Assembly: GCA_017991635.1 (NCBI GenBank)
Contig: JAGOQE010000002.1
Coordinates: 35,018-99,017, forward strand
DNA from: Minisyncoccota bacterium
Lineage (GTDB): Bacteria > Patescibacteriota > Minisyncoccia > Phycocordibacterales > Phycocordibacteraceae
Reading direction: 5' to 3'
DNA length: 64,000 nt
Shown here piece by piece: positions 42,874 to 52,557 of the stretch. The translations under genes and the position numbers were made by a program. Within the stretch, counting starts at the first letter, position 1. Every line of letters begins with the position of its first letter. The notes below the pieces were generated by a model that did no database searches, was not told the DNA's origin, and worked only from the letters and a program-made list of their open reading frames with translations.

Positions 42874-44709
42874 ATGTCTACACCCCAAACAGTATCTGAG
42901 GTAGGTTTCAGTGCGTATGTGCGCGAAATAAAGCATACGGCAGATGCACTGTCGTGGATCTGGAAGGTGCTTGTTGGTCCTGAAGGGAAGCGGTTCACGC
43001 TCCTCATGTTCGTGGCCTTCATTGTGTCTGCGTTATTTGGGACACTCCAACCACTCATGTTCTCTCGTGCAGTTAACCTTGTTGACGATAGTAAGCTTCA
43101 AATGCTTCTTCTGGCCTGTGGCGCGCTAGCATCCGTTGCTCTCGTTCACCTCATTTCTCAAGTGACACAACAGTTGTTGCGTGAGAGAGCGTGGAATAGG
43201 AACATGCTGCACTTGCAGTCAAAGGTAAATGAACTCTTCTACGAGAAATCTCTGGGACAACACTCTAGCGAGGGAAGTCTTCTGAGTCACACCACTATCG
43301 ACAGGGCAAAAGGTCGAGTAGAGAACGTGCAAATGATCTTGTTCTTCGATGTGGGTTCATCGCTCGTACAGTTGCTGTTCGTGTATATCCTACTGTGGAC
43401 GCTTGGTCCCTTGATTGGACTGATTGCAACGCTGCTCATACTGGTGCACGTTTCGTGGTCGCTCTACTTGAATTACCACGTCTCAACAAAGACGGAGTCA
43501 ATCGAGAAACAGTTCCGCGCTCATAACCGACAACTGATTGAGCGATGGGAAAAAATCTCCCGCGTGAAGACGAGTGGAAAGTCGAGTGCTGAGCATGAAC
43601 GTCTTACCTTGTGGTTTGATGAAATTCTACGTACTGACCTTTCGTTTTGGACGTGGTTCATTACTCGTTCCGCTTTGCGCGACGCGCTTGCTCTCTCGGT
43701 GAACCTCGGCGTGATTGGGTATGGAGTCTTTTTGGTCTACACAGACGTGTGGCCCGTTGGCTCACTCATCCCTCTCTTTGCGTGGATGACGACGTTGTAT
43801 CAGAACCTCGGCTACATTGGTTTGGCCGAACGGCGGTTGAGTCAACAAGTTCCTTTCATTAAGTCCATGCAACGAGCTCTTGAGCTTCCTGTGGATTTTG
43901 TTGAAGGGGCAGGGAAGACGCTCTCGCACACCACGCCTATCAGTGTTCGGTTTGAAGGTGTCGGACTCTCCTATGAGGACGGCACATACCCGATTCTCGA
44001 GGACATCCATTTCACGATTAATCCCGGAGAAAAGGTTGCCTTGATTGGTTCTTCAGGAGCAGGGAAGACAAGCATCATGAAGCTCCTGCTCAGGTACACT
44101 GACCCTTCAGAAGGAGAAATCTGGGTTAATGGGTCTCGGCTCACCGATATCGCCCTTCCGTCATGGATGGAGCGTGTGGGGTACATTCCTCAGCAGTCAG
44201 AAGTGTTTGATGGCACCATTCGGTACAATCTCACCTTTGGCTTGCCTGAGGAGCGAAAGAACACTATCACTGACGAAGAGATATGGGACGTAATGCAACT
44301 CTTGCAGATAGACTTTGGTGCCCGGCTGACTGACGGTCTTGAAACACGCGTCGGCAGGAATGGGCTCAAGCTCTCTGGAGGACAAGCACAACGACTCATG
44401 ATTGGTGCTGCAGTCATCAAGAAGCCCATCTTCATGGTGATTGATGAAGCAACATCATCGCTCGACTCAACTACTGAACGACTGGTACAAAAGGGTCTTG
44501 AAGCAGTACTCTCAGGGCCTGTGGGTGCGCTTATCGTTGCTCACCGACTCTCGACAGTGCGAACGATGTGTAATCGATTCATCGTACTTCGTCCTCATCA
44601 AGGAAGAGGCATTCCTCAGATTGAGGCAGACGCCAGTTCGTTCGAGGAACTCTACAAAGGTTCAGAGACGTTCCGTAGGCTTGCCGATGATCAAGGGATC
44701 GTAATCTAA
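42874..44709 (+). CDS. ABC exporter, fused permease-ATPase (MsbA/lipid A-like type I exporter)
   Basis: Six TM helices plus an NBD with Walker A GSSGAGKTS, signature LSGGQAQR and Walker B MVIDEA. AAAAAGGAG SD. Confidence 0.88.
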   Translation: MSTPQTVSEVGFSAYVREIKHTADALSWIWKVLVGPEGKRFTLLMFVAFIVSALFGTLQPLMFSRAVNLVDDSKLQMLLLACGALASVALVHLISQVTQQLLRERAWNRNMLHLQSKVNELFYEKSLGQHSSEGSLLSHTTIDRAKGRVENVQMILFFDVGSSLVQLLFVYILLWTLGPLIGLIATLLILVHVSWSLYLNYHVSTKTESIEKQFRAHNRQLIERWEKISRVKTSGKSSAEHERLTLWFDEILRTDLSFWTWFITRSALRDALALSVNLGVIGYGVFLVYTDVWPVGSLIPLFAWMTTLYQNLGYIGLAERRLSQQVPFIKSMQRALELPVDFVEGAGKTLSHTTPISVRFEGVGLSYEDGTYPILEDIHFTINPGEKVALIGSSGAGKTSIMKLLLRYTDPSEGEIWVNGSRLTDIALPSWMERVGYIPQQSEVFDGTIRYNLTFGLPEERKNTITDEEIWDVMQLLQIDFGARLTDGLETRVGRNGLKLSGGQAQRLMIGAAVIKKPIFMVIDEATSSLDSTTERLVQKGLEAVLSGPVGALIVAHRLSTVRTMCNRFIVLRPHQGRGIPQIEADASSFEELYKGSETFRRLADDQGIVI

Positions 44710-44741
44710 CCATCACCCTCTCCTTTTCGATTCCCAAACTT

Positions 44742-44768
44742 ACACCCGCGACTAAACATCGCGGGTGT
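44742..44768 (+). terminator. Intrinsic terminator of the ABC exporter
   Basis: 9-bp stem acacccgcg / cgcgggtgt with a 9-nt loop, followed by CTTTAT. Confidence 0.5.
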
Positions 44769-45210
44769 CTTTATATGTAGGGTAGGGGAGTTAGGCGTCT
44801 TTTTCTAAGGTCTTCAAACTATCAACTTACACAATCCCCCGCTCTTCCAGAACAAAATCGGGGGAGGGGTTGCAGTAGCAAAAGATACGTATGAACACAT
44901 ATGATGAATGACATTGAAGGCGTACAGAAGAAAATTATGAGTCGCTAGGGAAGGGGTGGTTATTAATAGAATGTGATTTGGGTCAATGGATTCCTACTCT
45001 TGAGTGTCGCACAATGTATCTTTTGCGACTAAGTCTCTAGAAAAACCAAGGCTGGATTGAATTCCGGCATCGCCTTGCATGGGCTCATTATTCGTACCGC
45101 TTCTCTACTATCTCAGTGATTTGCTTGCGAGTGTTGGCGGTAGATATATTTGTGTATACAAAGAGCGCCAGTAAGGCGCTCGTGTACCACTTCCCCGAAC
45201 GGTCATTTTT

Positions 45211-45468
45211 TTACGAAGCATCGGCGGGTAGATGTCGTGTGAAATGTTGTTTAATTGTTTGATCAAGTGCACGGCTGAACTCTATGGCGTGTTTTGGTGA
45301 CAATACAATCTCAGATACCAGTTGTCCTTGTGGTGTTCCTGGTCGTAGGTACGCAAATTGTATGACCACAGAGTCATCTGAAACGTTTACCTGAGTCGCA
45401 TTTGAGAATGCGGGCATCTGTCCTTGTGGAATGGTAATAGAGAACTCCTTGGGTGTTTCGTCTGGCAT
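45211..45468 (-). CDS. Hypothetical small protein (DUF3467-like?)
   Basis: 85 aa; loose resemblance to the DUF3467 pattern (VNVSDDSVVIQFAYLRP). Low certainty. Confidence 0.4.
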   Translation of the reverse strand: MPDETPKEFSITIPQGQMPAFSNATQVNVSDDSVVIQFAYLRPGTPQGQLVSEIVLSPKHAIEFSRALDQTIKQHFTRHLPADAS

Positions 45469-45507
45469 ACGAGAGGTGTGTAAGGCTTATAAGCCTCTCT
45501 ATTGTAT

Positions 45508-45729
45508 CTATCCGCGGAGAATCTGACCAATTGCGCCAATCCATGTGGTGACAAAGGCCCAGCCATCACGAAGAAGTGTCTGGAGGAAACGGAAGTTATC
45601 TACCGTCTGTGGATCCTGCACCAACTCTCGTAAAGAAATTCCAAAGAAGGAGAGGGCAAGGACTCCTATGACGACCCAGGCAATAAGCTTTAGCATGGTA
45701 TTAAGTATATATCTTCTTTTGTCGTACAA
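45508..45729 (-). CDS. Hypothetical small membrane protein
   Basis: 73 aa, two TM helices. Confidence 0.35.
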   Translation of the reverse strand: MYDKRRYILNTMLKLIAWVVIGVLALSFFGISLRELVQDPQTVDNFRFLQTLLRDGWAFVTTWIGAIGQILRG

Positions 45730-45737
45730 TAGCGCTA

Positions 45738-46370
45738 ATGACTGATTCTGTTGAGAAGCGTGCCAAGAAGCATTTTAAAAAGACGGACGAAGTCATGTAT
45801 CGTCTAGCCGAGAATGCCGAGAAAAAGCACCTGTGGACAACTCGCCTGACCGAGAAGCGAGTAAGTGGGCGCTTGTTTGAGACCCTTGCTTCTTCAGTCG
45901 TAAGTCAGCAACTTTCAACGAAGGCGGCAGACACTATCTGGAATCGACTCAAGGGTGTGTGTGGTGGCAGGGTCACCCCTGACACTATTTTGGCTACGCC
46001 ACTTCCCTCTCTCCGTAGTGCGGGACTCTCTAATGCAAAGTGCAAAACGCTTACCGAACTTTCCCTTGCTATAAAAAATGGACTCAACCTCCCTGCCCTC
46101 AGGAACATTTCAGAAGATGAAGCTATCAAGAAATTATCTGCTGTCTGGGGTATTGGCACATGGACCGCTGAGATGTTTCTCATCTTTGCCTTGCAGAGAG
46201 AGGATGTTTTTTCCGTAGGTGATCTTGGTCTCGTGCGCGCTGTTGAAGAGGCGTATGGACTTCCAAAAGATACGCCAAAGAAAACTATTGAGGAGATGAG
46301 TCTTGCGTGGGCGCCGTATCGTTCGTACGCCTGCCTACTGTTGTGGAATTTTCGCGATACCAAATCCTAA
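45738..46370 (+). CDS. HhH-GPD superfamily DNA glycosylase (AlkA/3-methyladenine glycosylase II-like)
   Basis: VWGIGTWTAEMFLIFAL...VGDLGLVRA hairpin-helix-GPD region with the catalytic Asp. Confidence 0.7.
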   Translation: MTDSVEKRAKKHFKKTDEVMYRLAENAEKKHLWTTRLTEKRVSGRLFETLASSVVSQQLSTKAADTIWNRLKGVCGGRVTPDTILATPLPSLRSAGLSNAKCKTLTELSLAIKNGLNLPALRNISEDEAIKKLSAVWGIGTWTAEMFLIFALQREDVFSVGDLGLVRAVEEAYGLPKDTPKKTIEEMSLAWAPYRSYACLLLWNFRDTKS

Positions 46371-47734
46371 AGGAAGGACATTGGGTTTAGGTATCCATCC
46401 TTCGGAGCGACTGGCATACGAGCATTTGCGCATGGTGATGTTGCACCTCGGTACTGTGCAAGCGTCATAATCTGTACTGCCTGACTTGCGTACACACTAA
46501 AGTGAAGGTGAGGACCAGTTGCGTAGCCAGTCATGCCTGAGTAGCCGATAGTTTGTCCTGTCGTGACTGTCTGTCCAGCAACGACATCAATAGTTGAGAG
46601 ATGGGCGTAGAGCGTTGACAGGCCGTTAGCGTGCTTTATGAGCACCCATTTTCCGTAGGAATAACAACCAGCAACGGCATCGGTATTTCCGGTTCCAGAC
46701 ACTGTGCCAGAAAGGGCTGCGAGAAGTGGAGTACCTACAGGAAGACCGATATCAATGGCATTGTGGCCGTTGCCGTTATAGACCTGTGAGTTTGCTGTAG
46801 CGAAGGGAGTATTACCAAAATACTGAGTAATACAGTAGGGATTTCCAAGCGCTGAAGCCTTCCCGCGACAGCTCTCTGCGACTGAGGCTGAGTAGGGCCA
46901 AATGAGGACACCAGAGCCAACTGAAGGAATGCGCGTCGAGTCAATGTCTACCTTCAGGCTGTTTTCGAGTGCTTGGAGTTCGCTCTCAAAGGCTTTCTGC
47001 TGAGCGCGCTTCTGCGCGATGAGTGTTTGGTAACTTCCCTCTTGAGACTTCGTTTGCGCAAGGAGTTGCTCCTTTGCGCGCTTGTTTGCAACAAGCTCGG
47101 CCTCTTGAGAGCTGAGGTCATTGTTGAGTGAGATGAGCTCCTTTCGTGATTTTGCAACTTCAGCCTGTTGGTCCACGAGCACAATCTTTGCTGAGGCAAG
47201 ATCAATAGTTCGTTCACGAAGCGCGTCTGAAAGTTGAGCCATGTCATCAGCAGCAGTCCACGCTTCAGTTAAGCTTCTTGATGAAAAAAGGTGTTCGACG
47301 AGCGTAGTATCGTCGGCACTATCTAGGGAGCGTATGGAGGCGGCAATTGCCTGCCTATCAAGGGCAATAGCCTCCTCCTTACTTCCAATCATGGAACCAA
47401 GTTCCTCTATGCGAAGATTTGCAGCGCTAATTTTACTCTGGGTGAGTTTAATCTGGGCGGTGATTTTAGACCGGGAGACATCAAGTCCCTTAATGGCTGA
47501 CTGAAGTGTCTGGCGCTGATTGCCTAGAGCATTTAGTTCTTTCTGATAGCCCGCGATTTCTTTCTCAAGATCCTTAATCTTGTCGTTTGTCGTACTAATT
47601 TGAGACTTAATATCATCAACCGCTTGTCCAAAAACAGTTTGTGGAGAATTTCCTAACAGAAAGAAGATACTAAGGAGAAAAACAAAGGCAAGAGACCCTT
47701 GTCTAAGCTCTGAAGGAACACGGGACAAACTCAT
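46367..47734 (-). CDS. M23 family peptidase with N-terminal coiled-coil (EnvC-like murein hydrolase/activator)
   Basis: Signal/TM, long coiled-coil, C-terminal LytM domain (HxxxD...H..GYSGMTGYATGPHLHF). Confidence 0.8.
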   Translation of the reverse strand: MSLSRVPSELRQGSLAFVFLLSIFFLLGNSPQTVFGQAVDDIKSQISTTNDKIKDLEKEIAGYQKELNALGNQRQTLQSAIKGLDVSRSKITAQIKLTQSKISAANLRIEELGSMIGSKEEAIALDRQAIAASIRSLDSADDTTLVEHLFSSRSLTEAWTAADDMAQLSDALRERTIDLASAKIVLVDQQAEVAKSRKELISLNNDLSSQEAELVANKRAKEQLLAQTKSQEGSYQTLIAQKRAQQKAFESELQALENSLKVDIDSTRIPSVGSGVLIWPYSASVAESCRGKASALGNPYCITQYFGNTPFATANSQVYNGNGHNAIDIGLPVGTPLLAALSGTVSGTGNTDAVAGCYSYGKWVLIKHANGLSTLYAHLSTIDVVAGQTVTTGQTIGYSGMTGYATGPHLHFSVYASQAVQIMTLAQYRGATSPCANARMPVAPKDGYLNPMSFL

Positions 47735-47736
47735 TC

Positions 47737-49167
47737 CTACAGTATAGCAAGAGCTCCTTCTATGCGTGAAATGACTTCCTTGCGGGGTAGGATATGAATA
47801 AGAGTAAACGGATCGGGAGAACGCTCTTGTCCTGTGAGTGCGTATCGAAGTGGCCAGAGCACAGCTCCTCTTCCTCCGCGCTCCTTCGAAATTGAATCTG
47901 CGTATGGCATGAGGTGCGATTTAATCGTCTCTACATCAGCTAATTCAGGTAGGGAGTCAACGAGAGCCTGTAGCGCATGAAGATGCTCTCCTGTTGCGGA
48001 AGTGTCCTTCGTGGGCTCTTTGCTGACCAAGAGCTCTTTATCTAGGGTCGGAGCGTTGAAAAAGAATGAGAGCTCTGTTGCGAGCATGTCACGTGCCTCG
48101 CTAAAGGTAGCTGCCCGCTCTTTGAGGAGAGGTACAAGCATAGGTAGGAGTTCTCGGCTCGCACTCGTCTCACCGAGCTTCTCTATGTATGTCTCCTCGC
48201 TGAGAGTACGCATCCACTCACGATTAATGTGAAGTAGTTTATCTTCATCAAAACGAGCACCGCTTTTACCTATATCGGTGATATCAAAAGCTGCAGTTAT
48301 GTCCTCTAGGGAAAGTACCTCACTTCCCTCCTCTGGGTGCCAGCCAAGCAAAGAGAGGAAATTCACCATTGCGTGCGGAAGATACCCCTCAGCACGGTAG
48401 TCGAGAATATCTTTTGCGCCATCGCGCTTACTTAGTTTCTTAGTGCCTGCCTCTCCAAGAATTGGTGGCAACGTTACGAAAATAGGTGGTGGCATATCCA
48501 GTGCCTCGTACAAAGAAAGGAATTTAGGCGTTGAGGACACAAACTCGTTCCCACGCATGACGTGCGTGACACCCATCTCAATATCATCTACTACGTGAGC
48601 AAAGTTATAGGTGGGGTATCCGTCATTCTTGATTAATACAAAGTCATCAAGCGCTTCTTCGCCTGCAGAGAGTTCTCCGAGGACAGCATCCTGCCAGGTG
48701 TAGCGCACTACGCGAGGTACCTTGAAACGAAGTGTTGTTTCACCATCCCACTCACCTGCCTGCTCTGGACGATGTTCTCGGTAGAGAAACGGACGTCCTT
48801 CAGACTCTGCGCTTTTGCGAAGCTCGTCTATTTCTTCCTCAGTAAAGGGGTCAGGATATGCAAATCCGGCTTCAAGAAGACGACGTGCGTAGTCTTGATA
48901 GAGCGGTAGTCGTGCAGACTGAATGTATGGGCCATACGGGCCATCAACGTCTGGTCCTTCATCCCACTCTATGCCAAGCCAACGGAGACTCTCCATAATG
49001 TGTCCAATAGCGCCTTCAACTTCCCGTTCCTTATCGGTGTCCTCAATACGAAGAAGAAACTGACCTCCCATTTTGCGAGCGTAGAGCCACGCAAAAAGTG
49101 CGGTGCGAACACCGCCTACGTGCATAAAGCCAGTTGGACTTGGGGCGAAACGGGTACGTACACTCAT
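47737..49167 (-). CDS. gltX: Glutamyl-tRNA synthetase
   Basis: RFAPSPTGFMHVGG (HIGH) and KLSKR (KMSKS). Confidence 0.9.
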   Translation of the reverse strand: MSVRTRFAPSPTGFMHVGGVRTALFAWLYARKMGGQFLLRIEDTDKEREVEGAIGHIMESLRWLGIEWDEGPDVDGPYGPYIQSARLPLYQDYARRLLEAGFAYPDPFTEEEIDELRKSAESEGRPFLYREHRPEQAGEWDGETTLRFKVPRVVRYTWQDAVLGELSAGEEALDDFVLIKNDGYPTYNFAHVVDDIEMGVTHVMRGNEFVSSTPKFLSLYEALDMPPPIFVTLPPILGEAGTKKLSKRDGAKDILDYRAEGYLPHAMVNFLSLLGWHPEEGSEVLSLEDITAAFDITDIGKSGARFDEDKLLHINREWMRTLSEETYIEKLGETSASRELLPMLVPLLKERAATFSEARDMLATELSFFFNAPTLDKELLVSKEPTKDTSATGEHLHALQALVDSLPELADVETIKSHLMPYADSISKERGGRGAVLWPLRYALTGQERSPDPFTLIHILPRKEVISRIEGALAIL

Positions 49168-50318
49168 ACTGTTTCCTCTGTTATGTCATGAGCTCGTCCG
49201 ATAGACAAGAGCGCTTCCGCTATACGGGTAGAGGCCATTCCATCTGAAAAGAGCGCTCCCTTTGCTCCCATATCAGACCCTAGAGAAGGATTCTCAGCAA
49301 TACGGCGTATCTCAGATACCAGCACGTGAGGGGTGAGGTTGGATTGCTCCACAACGACTGCGGCGCCTGTGTGTGCGTATGAGTAGGCATTAGTGCGCTG
49401 GTCGTGACTTACATCCTCTGGGATTGGAATAAGCACGGCAGGACGTCTCCATAGTGAGGCTTCAGCAATAGCTGTTGCGCCTGCTCGAGAGACAATAACG
49501 TGCGCGGCACCAGCGGCCATCTTGAGCGATTCTGCTGAGAAAAATGGCTGGGCATGGTAGCGAGTTGCGTACGGATTCTTGTGAAGAATCACTTCAGCCG
49601 TCTTTGCCACTTCCTTGTAGTGTTCCTTTCCTGTTTGATGAATAACATTAATGTGCGAAACCAAATCAAGAAGGCCAGCAAGAACAATTTCATTAATGGC
49701 AACAGAGCCCGATGAACCACCCAGGATGAGTACTGTAGGTACCGAAGCATCAAGCCCAAAATGAGCGATACCTCCAGAAGGGTCAAGGTGTTGAAGCGTC
49801 TTTCGAAGCGGAATACCCGTCTTAGCTATTTTTGCGCGAGCCTTTAGAGGAAAGTATTTAGCGGAGTCATCAAAGGAGACGGCAATGTGTGTTGCGAACC
49901 GTGAAGCAAGGAGATTTGCGCGCCCGGGTTTCGCGTCTGACTCGTGGATAATAATAGGGATACGCAGAAGGTGTGCTGCAAGCACTGTGGGCACACTCGC
50001 GTACCCTCCCTTTGAAAAAACGACATCAGGATAGATTTTAAAAAGTGTGACGAGACACCAAAAAGTCCCCCAGAGTGTCACAAAGGGGTCAGTAAGATTC
50101 TTCAAGCTCGCATAACGGCGCATCTTCCCTGCAGGACTCTTGATGTAACGAATGCCGTTAGCAAAGAGGGACTCCTCGTCATAGGGGCTTGGCGCAATAT
50201 AAAAGAGTTCGGGCTCAAGTTCCCTCTTCTCATTACGGATATCTCGCAGTGCCTCGGCTACTGCAATAATGGGGTAAAAATGCCCTCCTGTGCCTCCTCC
50301 GGTAAAGACAATTTTCAT
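49164..50318 (-). CDS. murG: UDP-GlcNAc:lipid I N-acetylglucosaminyltransferase MurG
   Basis: FTGGGTGGHFYP N-terminal motif; GT-B fold GT28. Confidence 0.88.
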   Translation of the reverse strand: MKIVFTGGGTGGHFYPIIAVAEALRDIRNEKRELEPELFYIAPSPYDEESLFANGIRYIKSPAGKMRRYASLKNLTDPFVTLWGTFWCLVTLFKIYPDVVFSKGGYASVPTVLAAHLLRIPIIIHESDAKPGRANLLASRFATHIAVSFDDSAKYFPLKARAKIAKTGIPLRKTLQHLDPSGGIAHFGLDASVPTVLILGGSSGSVAINEIVLAGLLDLVSHINVIHQTGKEHYKEVAKTAEVILHKNPYATRYHAQPFFSAESLKMAAGAAHVIVSRAGATAIAEASLWRRPAVLIPIPEDVSHDQRTNAYSYAHTGAAVVVEQSNLTPHVLVSEIRRIAENPSLGSDMGAKGALFSDGMASTRIAEALLSIGRAHDITEETV

Positions 50319-50343
50319 ACCTAACGTCTATAGAGTATAGCAC

Positions 50344-51435
50344 TTAGTCCAAAGTGAGCTTCTCGGGTGGCTTGGTCGCCTTCTCAAGAAGCATTTCCGT
50401 GTAATCTTTAAGATGAGGAACAATAATACTGTCGGCAAGGTGTGTGTAGTACCGAAATACGGAAGACACAACACTTACACTCCTTTCTCCTGAGACACCT
50501 TGAGTCCGAGCATCTCTTGCAGGACAGCCAAGACGAAGTTCGTCGTTGTCATTGCCTCCCCTGACTTTTTTGTATAATTCAAACTGCGTCAGCGCTTCCT
50601 GATCGAAGACTAGTCTCGGTGAGCCTTCATTATCCTCAAGCGAGAAGAACTCAAGGGGAAACTCAAGGCGTACCGATTTATTGAGCGACTTCCCTGCCCG
50701 AGCAAATTGTAAGAGACGCGAGAAGCTGTGTATGTGTAGTGAGGAAAGTTGTATGACGAGCGCTTCAGCTTGCCGTGCTACCTCTCGATACTCGTCTTCT
50801 GAAATAACCTTTCCGTACGTGTTGTAGTAGGCAAAAGGAATAGCTCGAAGAATATCGAAGGAGACACTTCCTACAGTATTGGCTCCTCGGATAATAAACG
50901 ATTCGACGTGATGATAAGGGTCAATCTTTCTTGTGTTGGTAAGTGAGGTCTCAATAAAGAGGTCGTGGAGTCTACTGTACACTCTGTGGTCATACTGAGC
51001 GTCTCCCTTCCCTGCCTTGGCGCGATTTGACCACGCTTCAAGAGAATCAGTAAACGCAGTAACGTACGCCTGCTCTGCCCACTCAAGAACCGTTTTGGCA
51101 TAGGAGGCGTCTTCACGAGACTTGCGTAAATCATACACGTGAACCTCTCCATCCTCAGGCACTGGAAATTTAATAATGTTTCTCACCACAAGTTTATCTG
51201 GATTCTCAGTAAGCTCTTTAAAAGCTTCATCATGCACTTTTTCAATAATATAGGCTGAGAGTGCATATGCTTCAGTTTTCACTTTCTCGTATTCAGGAAG
51301 TTCAATAGTGTCAGGATCTTCAGGAGAGTGCGGAATGGGATAGACGTGTTCACGAAGCTCTTTCAGTTTTCGGGCAATTGGCTCCCCGGTTCTTTCCGGA
51401 TACAAAATACTTTTGATTGGAAATTTCTCACTCAT
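50344..51435 (-). CDS. Hypothetical protein (363 aa) between ftsW and murG
   Basis: Soluble; no motif recognised. Occupies a slot inside the conserved mraY-ftsW-murG block. Confidence 0.5.
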   Translation of the reverse strand: MSEKFPIKSILYPERTGEPIARKLKELREHVYPIPHSPEDPDTIELPEYEKVKTEAYALSAYIIEKVHDEAFKELTENPDKLVVRNIIKFPVPEDGEVHVYDLRKSREDASYAKTVLEWAEQAYVTAFTDSLEAWSNRAKAGKGDAQYDHRVYSRLHDLFIETSLTNTRKIDPYHHVESFIIRGANTVGSVSFDILRAIPFAYYNTYGKVISEDEYREVARQAEALVIQLSSLHIHSFSRLLQFARAGKSLNKSVRLEFPLEFFSLEDNEGSPRLVFDQEALTQFELYKKVRGGNDNDELRLGCPARDARTQGVSGERSVSVVSSVFRYYTHLADSIIVPHLKDYTEMLLEKATKPPEKLTLD

Positions 51436-51437
51436 AC

Positions 51438-52553
51438 TTAGGTAACGGCTCGCTTAACTTTGGGACGATGGGCGGCAATATTCAAAATAACACCCACCGA
51501 GGCTAGGGTGACCAAGAGCGCTGTTCCTCCATGGGAGATGAATGGAAGTGGAAGACCCGTGAGTGGCATAACACCGAGCATGGCACCCATGTTCATAAAG
51601 GCCGATATGGCTATCATTAAGGTAAGGCCTGTGGCAGCCAGAAGTCCAAAAAGGTTCGGTGCGTCTGCCGCAATCATAAAACCTCTTGCCGTGAACATAA
51701 GGAAAAGAAAGACCAGGAATATGGTTCCCAGAAGTCCAAACTCCTCTCCGTAGACTGCAAAAATAGAGTCGCCGTGAGGCTCGGGAAGATAGTTAAACTT
51801 CTGGACGCTCTGACCATATCCGCGTCCAAGGAGCCCGCCAGAACCAATGGCGATGAGTGATTGCTGTACTTGATACCCTTCATGAAGTGGGTCTGCTGCA
51901 GGATTAACAAAGGTCATGACACGGTCCATGAGGTACGGTCGGAATGAAATAAGTATGGCAAGTCCCACGATAGCCGTTGCAATAATGATTGCGATGTCAC
52001 GTAGTTTGGCTCCTGCGAGGAAGTAGAGAGCAAGAGACGTCGCACCAATGACGAGGACTGTTGAGGTGTTTGGTTGCAGAAGAAGAAGTATGGACGGAAG
52101 TCCTACAATTATGCCAAGGCCAAGGAGACCGAACCGTGGACTTTGAATCTTAGTTTTAATATGCGCCAGGTACGCTGAGAGCATTAAGATAGTACCTATT
52201 TTAATAAATTCAGCTGGCTGAATAGTGGTGAATCCCAGATTAATCCAACGCGTAGCACCGTTTGCACTCTGTCCAATCCCGGGAACGAAAACGAGAGCAG
52301 TTAGTATGAGTGCAACGATATAGAGTGGGAGAATCCCCTTCGCGAGAAGCTTGGGTGGTGTAAAACGAACGGCAATGAGGGCTATGATACCTGGCACAAG
52401 ACCAAGAAGAAGTTGGGTAAAGGCAAGTCGCCATGGAGAGGCTCCTTCAGTACGTGCGAGAAGACCGAGTGCTGCAGAAGCGAAAAGCGCGATGCCAAGC
52501 ACTACCAATACAAGAACAATGAGTGCGAAGAGTCGGTCTCCAGTAAGGTGCAT
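51438..52553 (-). CDS. ftsW: SEDS-family peptidoglycan glycosyltransferase FtsW/RodA
   Basis: Ten TM helices, SEDS pattern, dcw context. Confidence 0.85.
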   Translation of the reverse strand: MHLTGDRLFALIVLVLVVLGIALFASAALGLLARTEGASPWRLAFTQLLLGLVPGIIALIAVRFTPPKLLAKGILPLYIVALILTALVFVPGIGQSANGATRWINLGFTTIQPAEFIKIGTILMLSAYLAHIKTKIQSPRFGLLGLGIIVGLPSILLLLQPNTSTVLVIGATSLALYFLAGAKLRDIAIIIATAIVGLAILISFRPYLMDRVMTFVNPAADPLHEGYQVQQSLIAIGSGGLLGRGYGQSVQKFNYLPEPHGDSIFAVYGEEFGLLGTIFLVFLFLMFTARGFMIAADAPNLFGLLAATGLTLMIAISAFMNMGAMLGVMPLTGLPLPFISHGGTALLVTLASVGVILNIAAHRPKVKRAVT

Positions 52554-52557
52554 TTTC

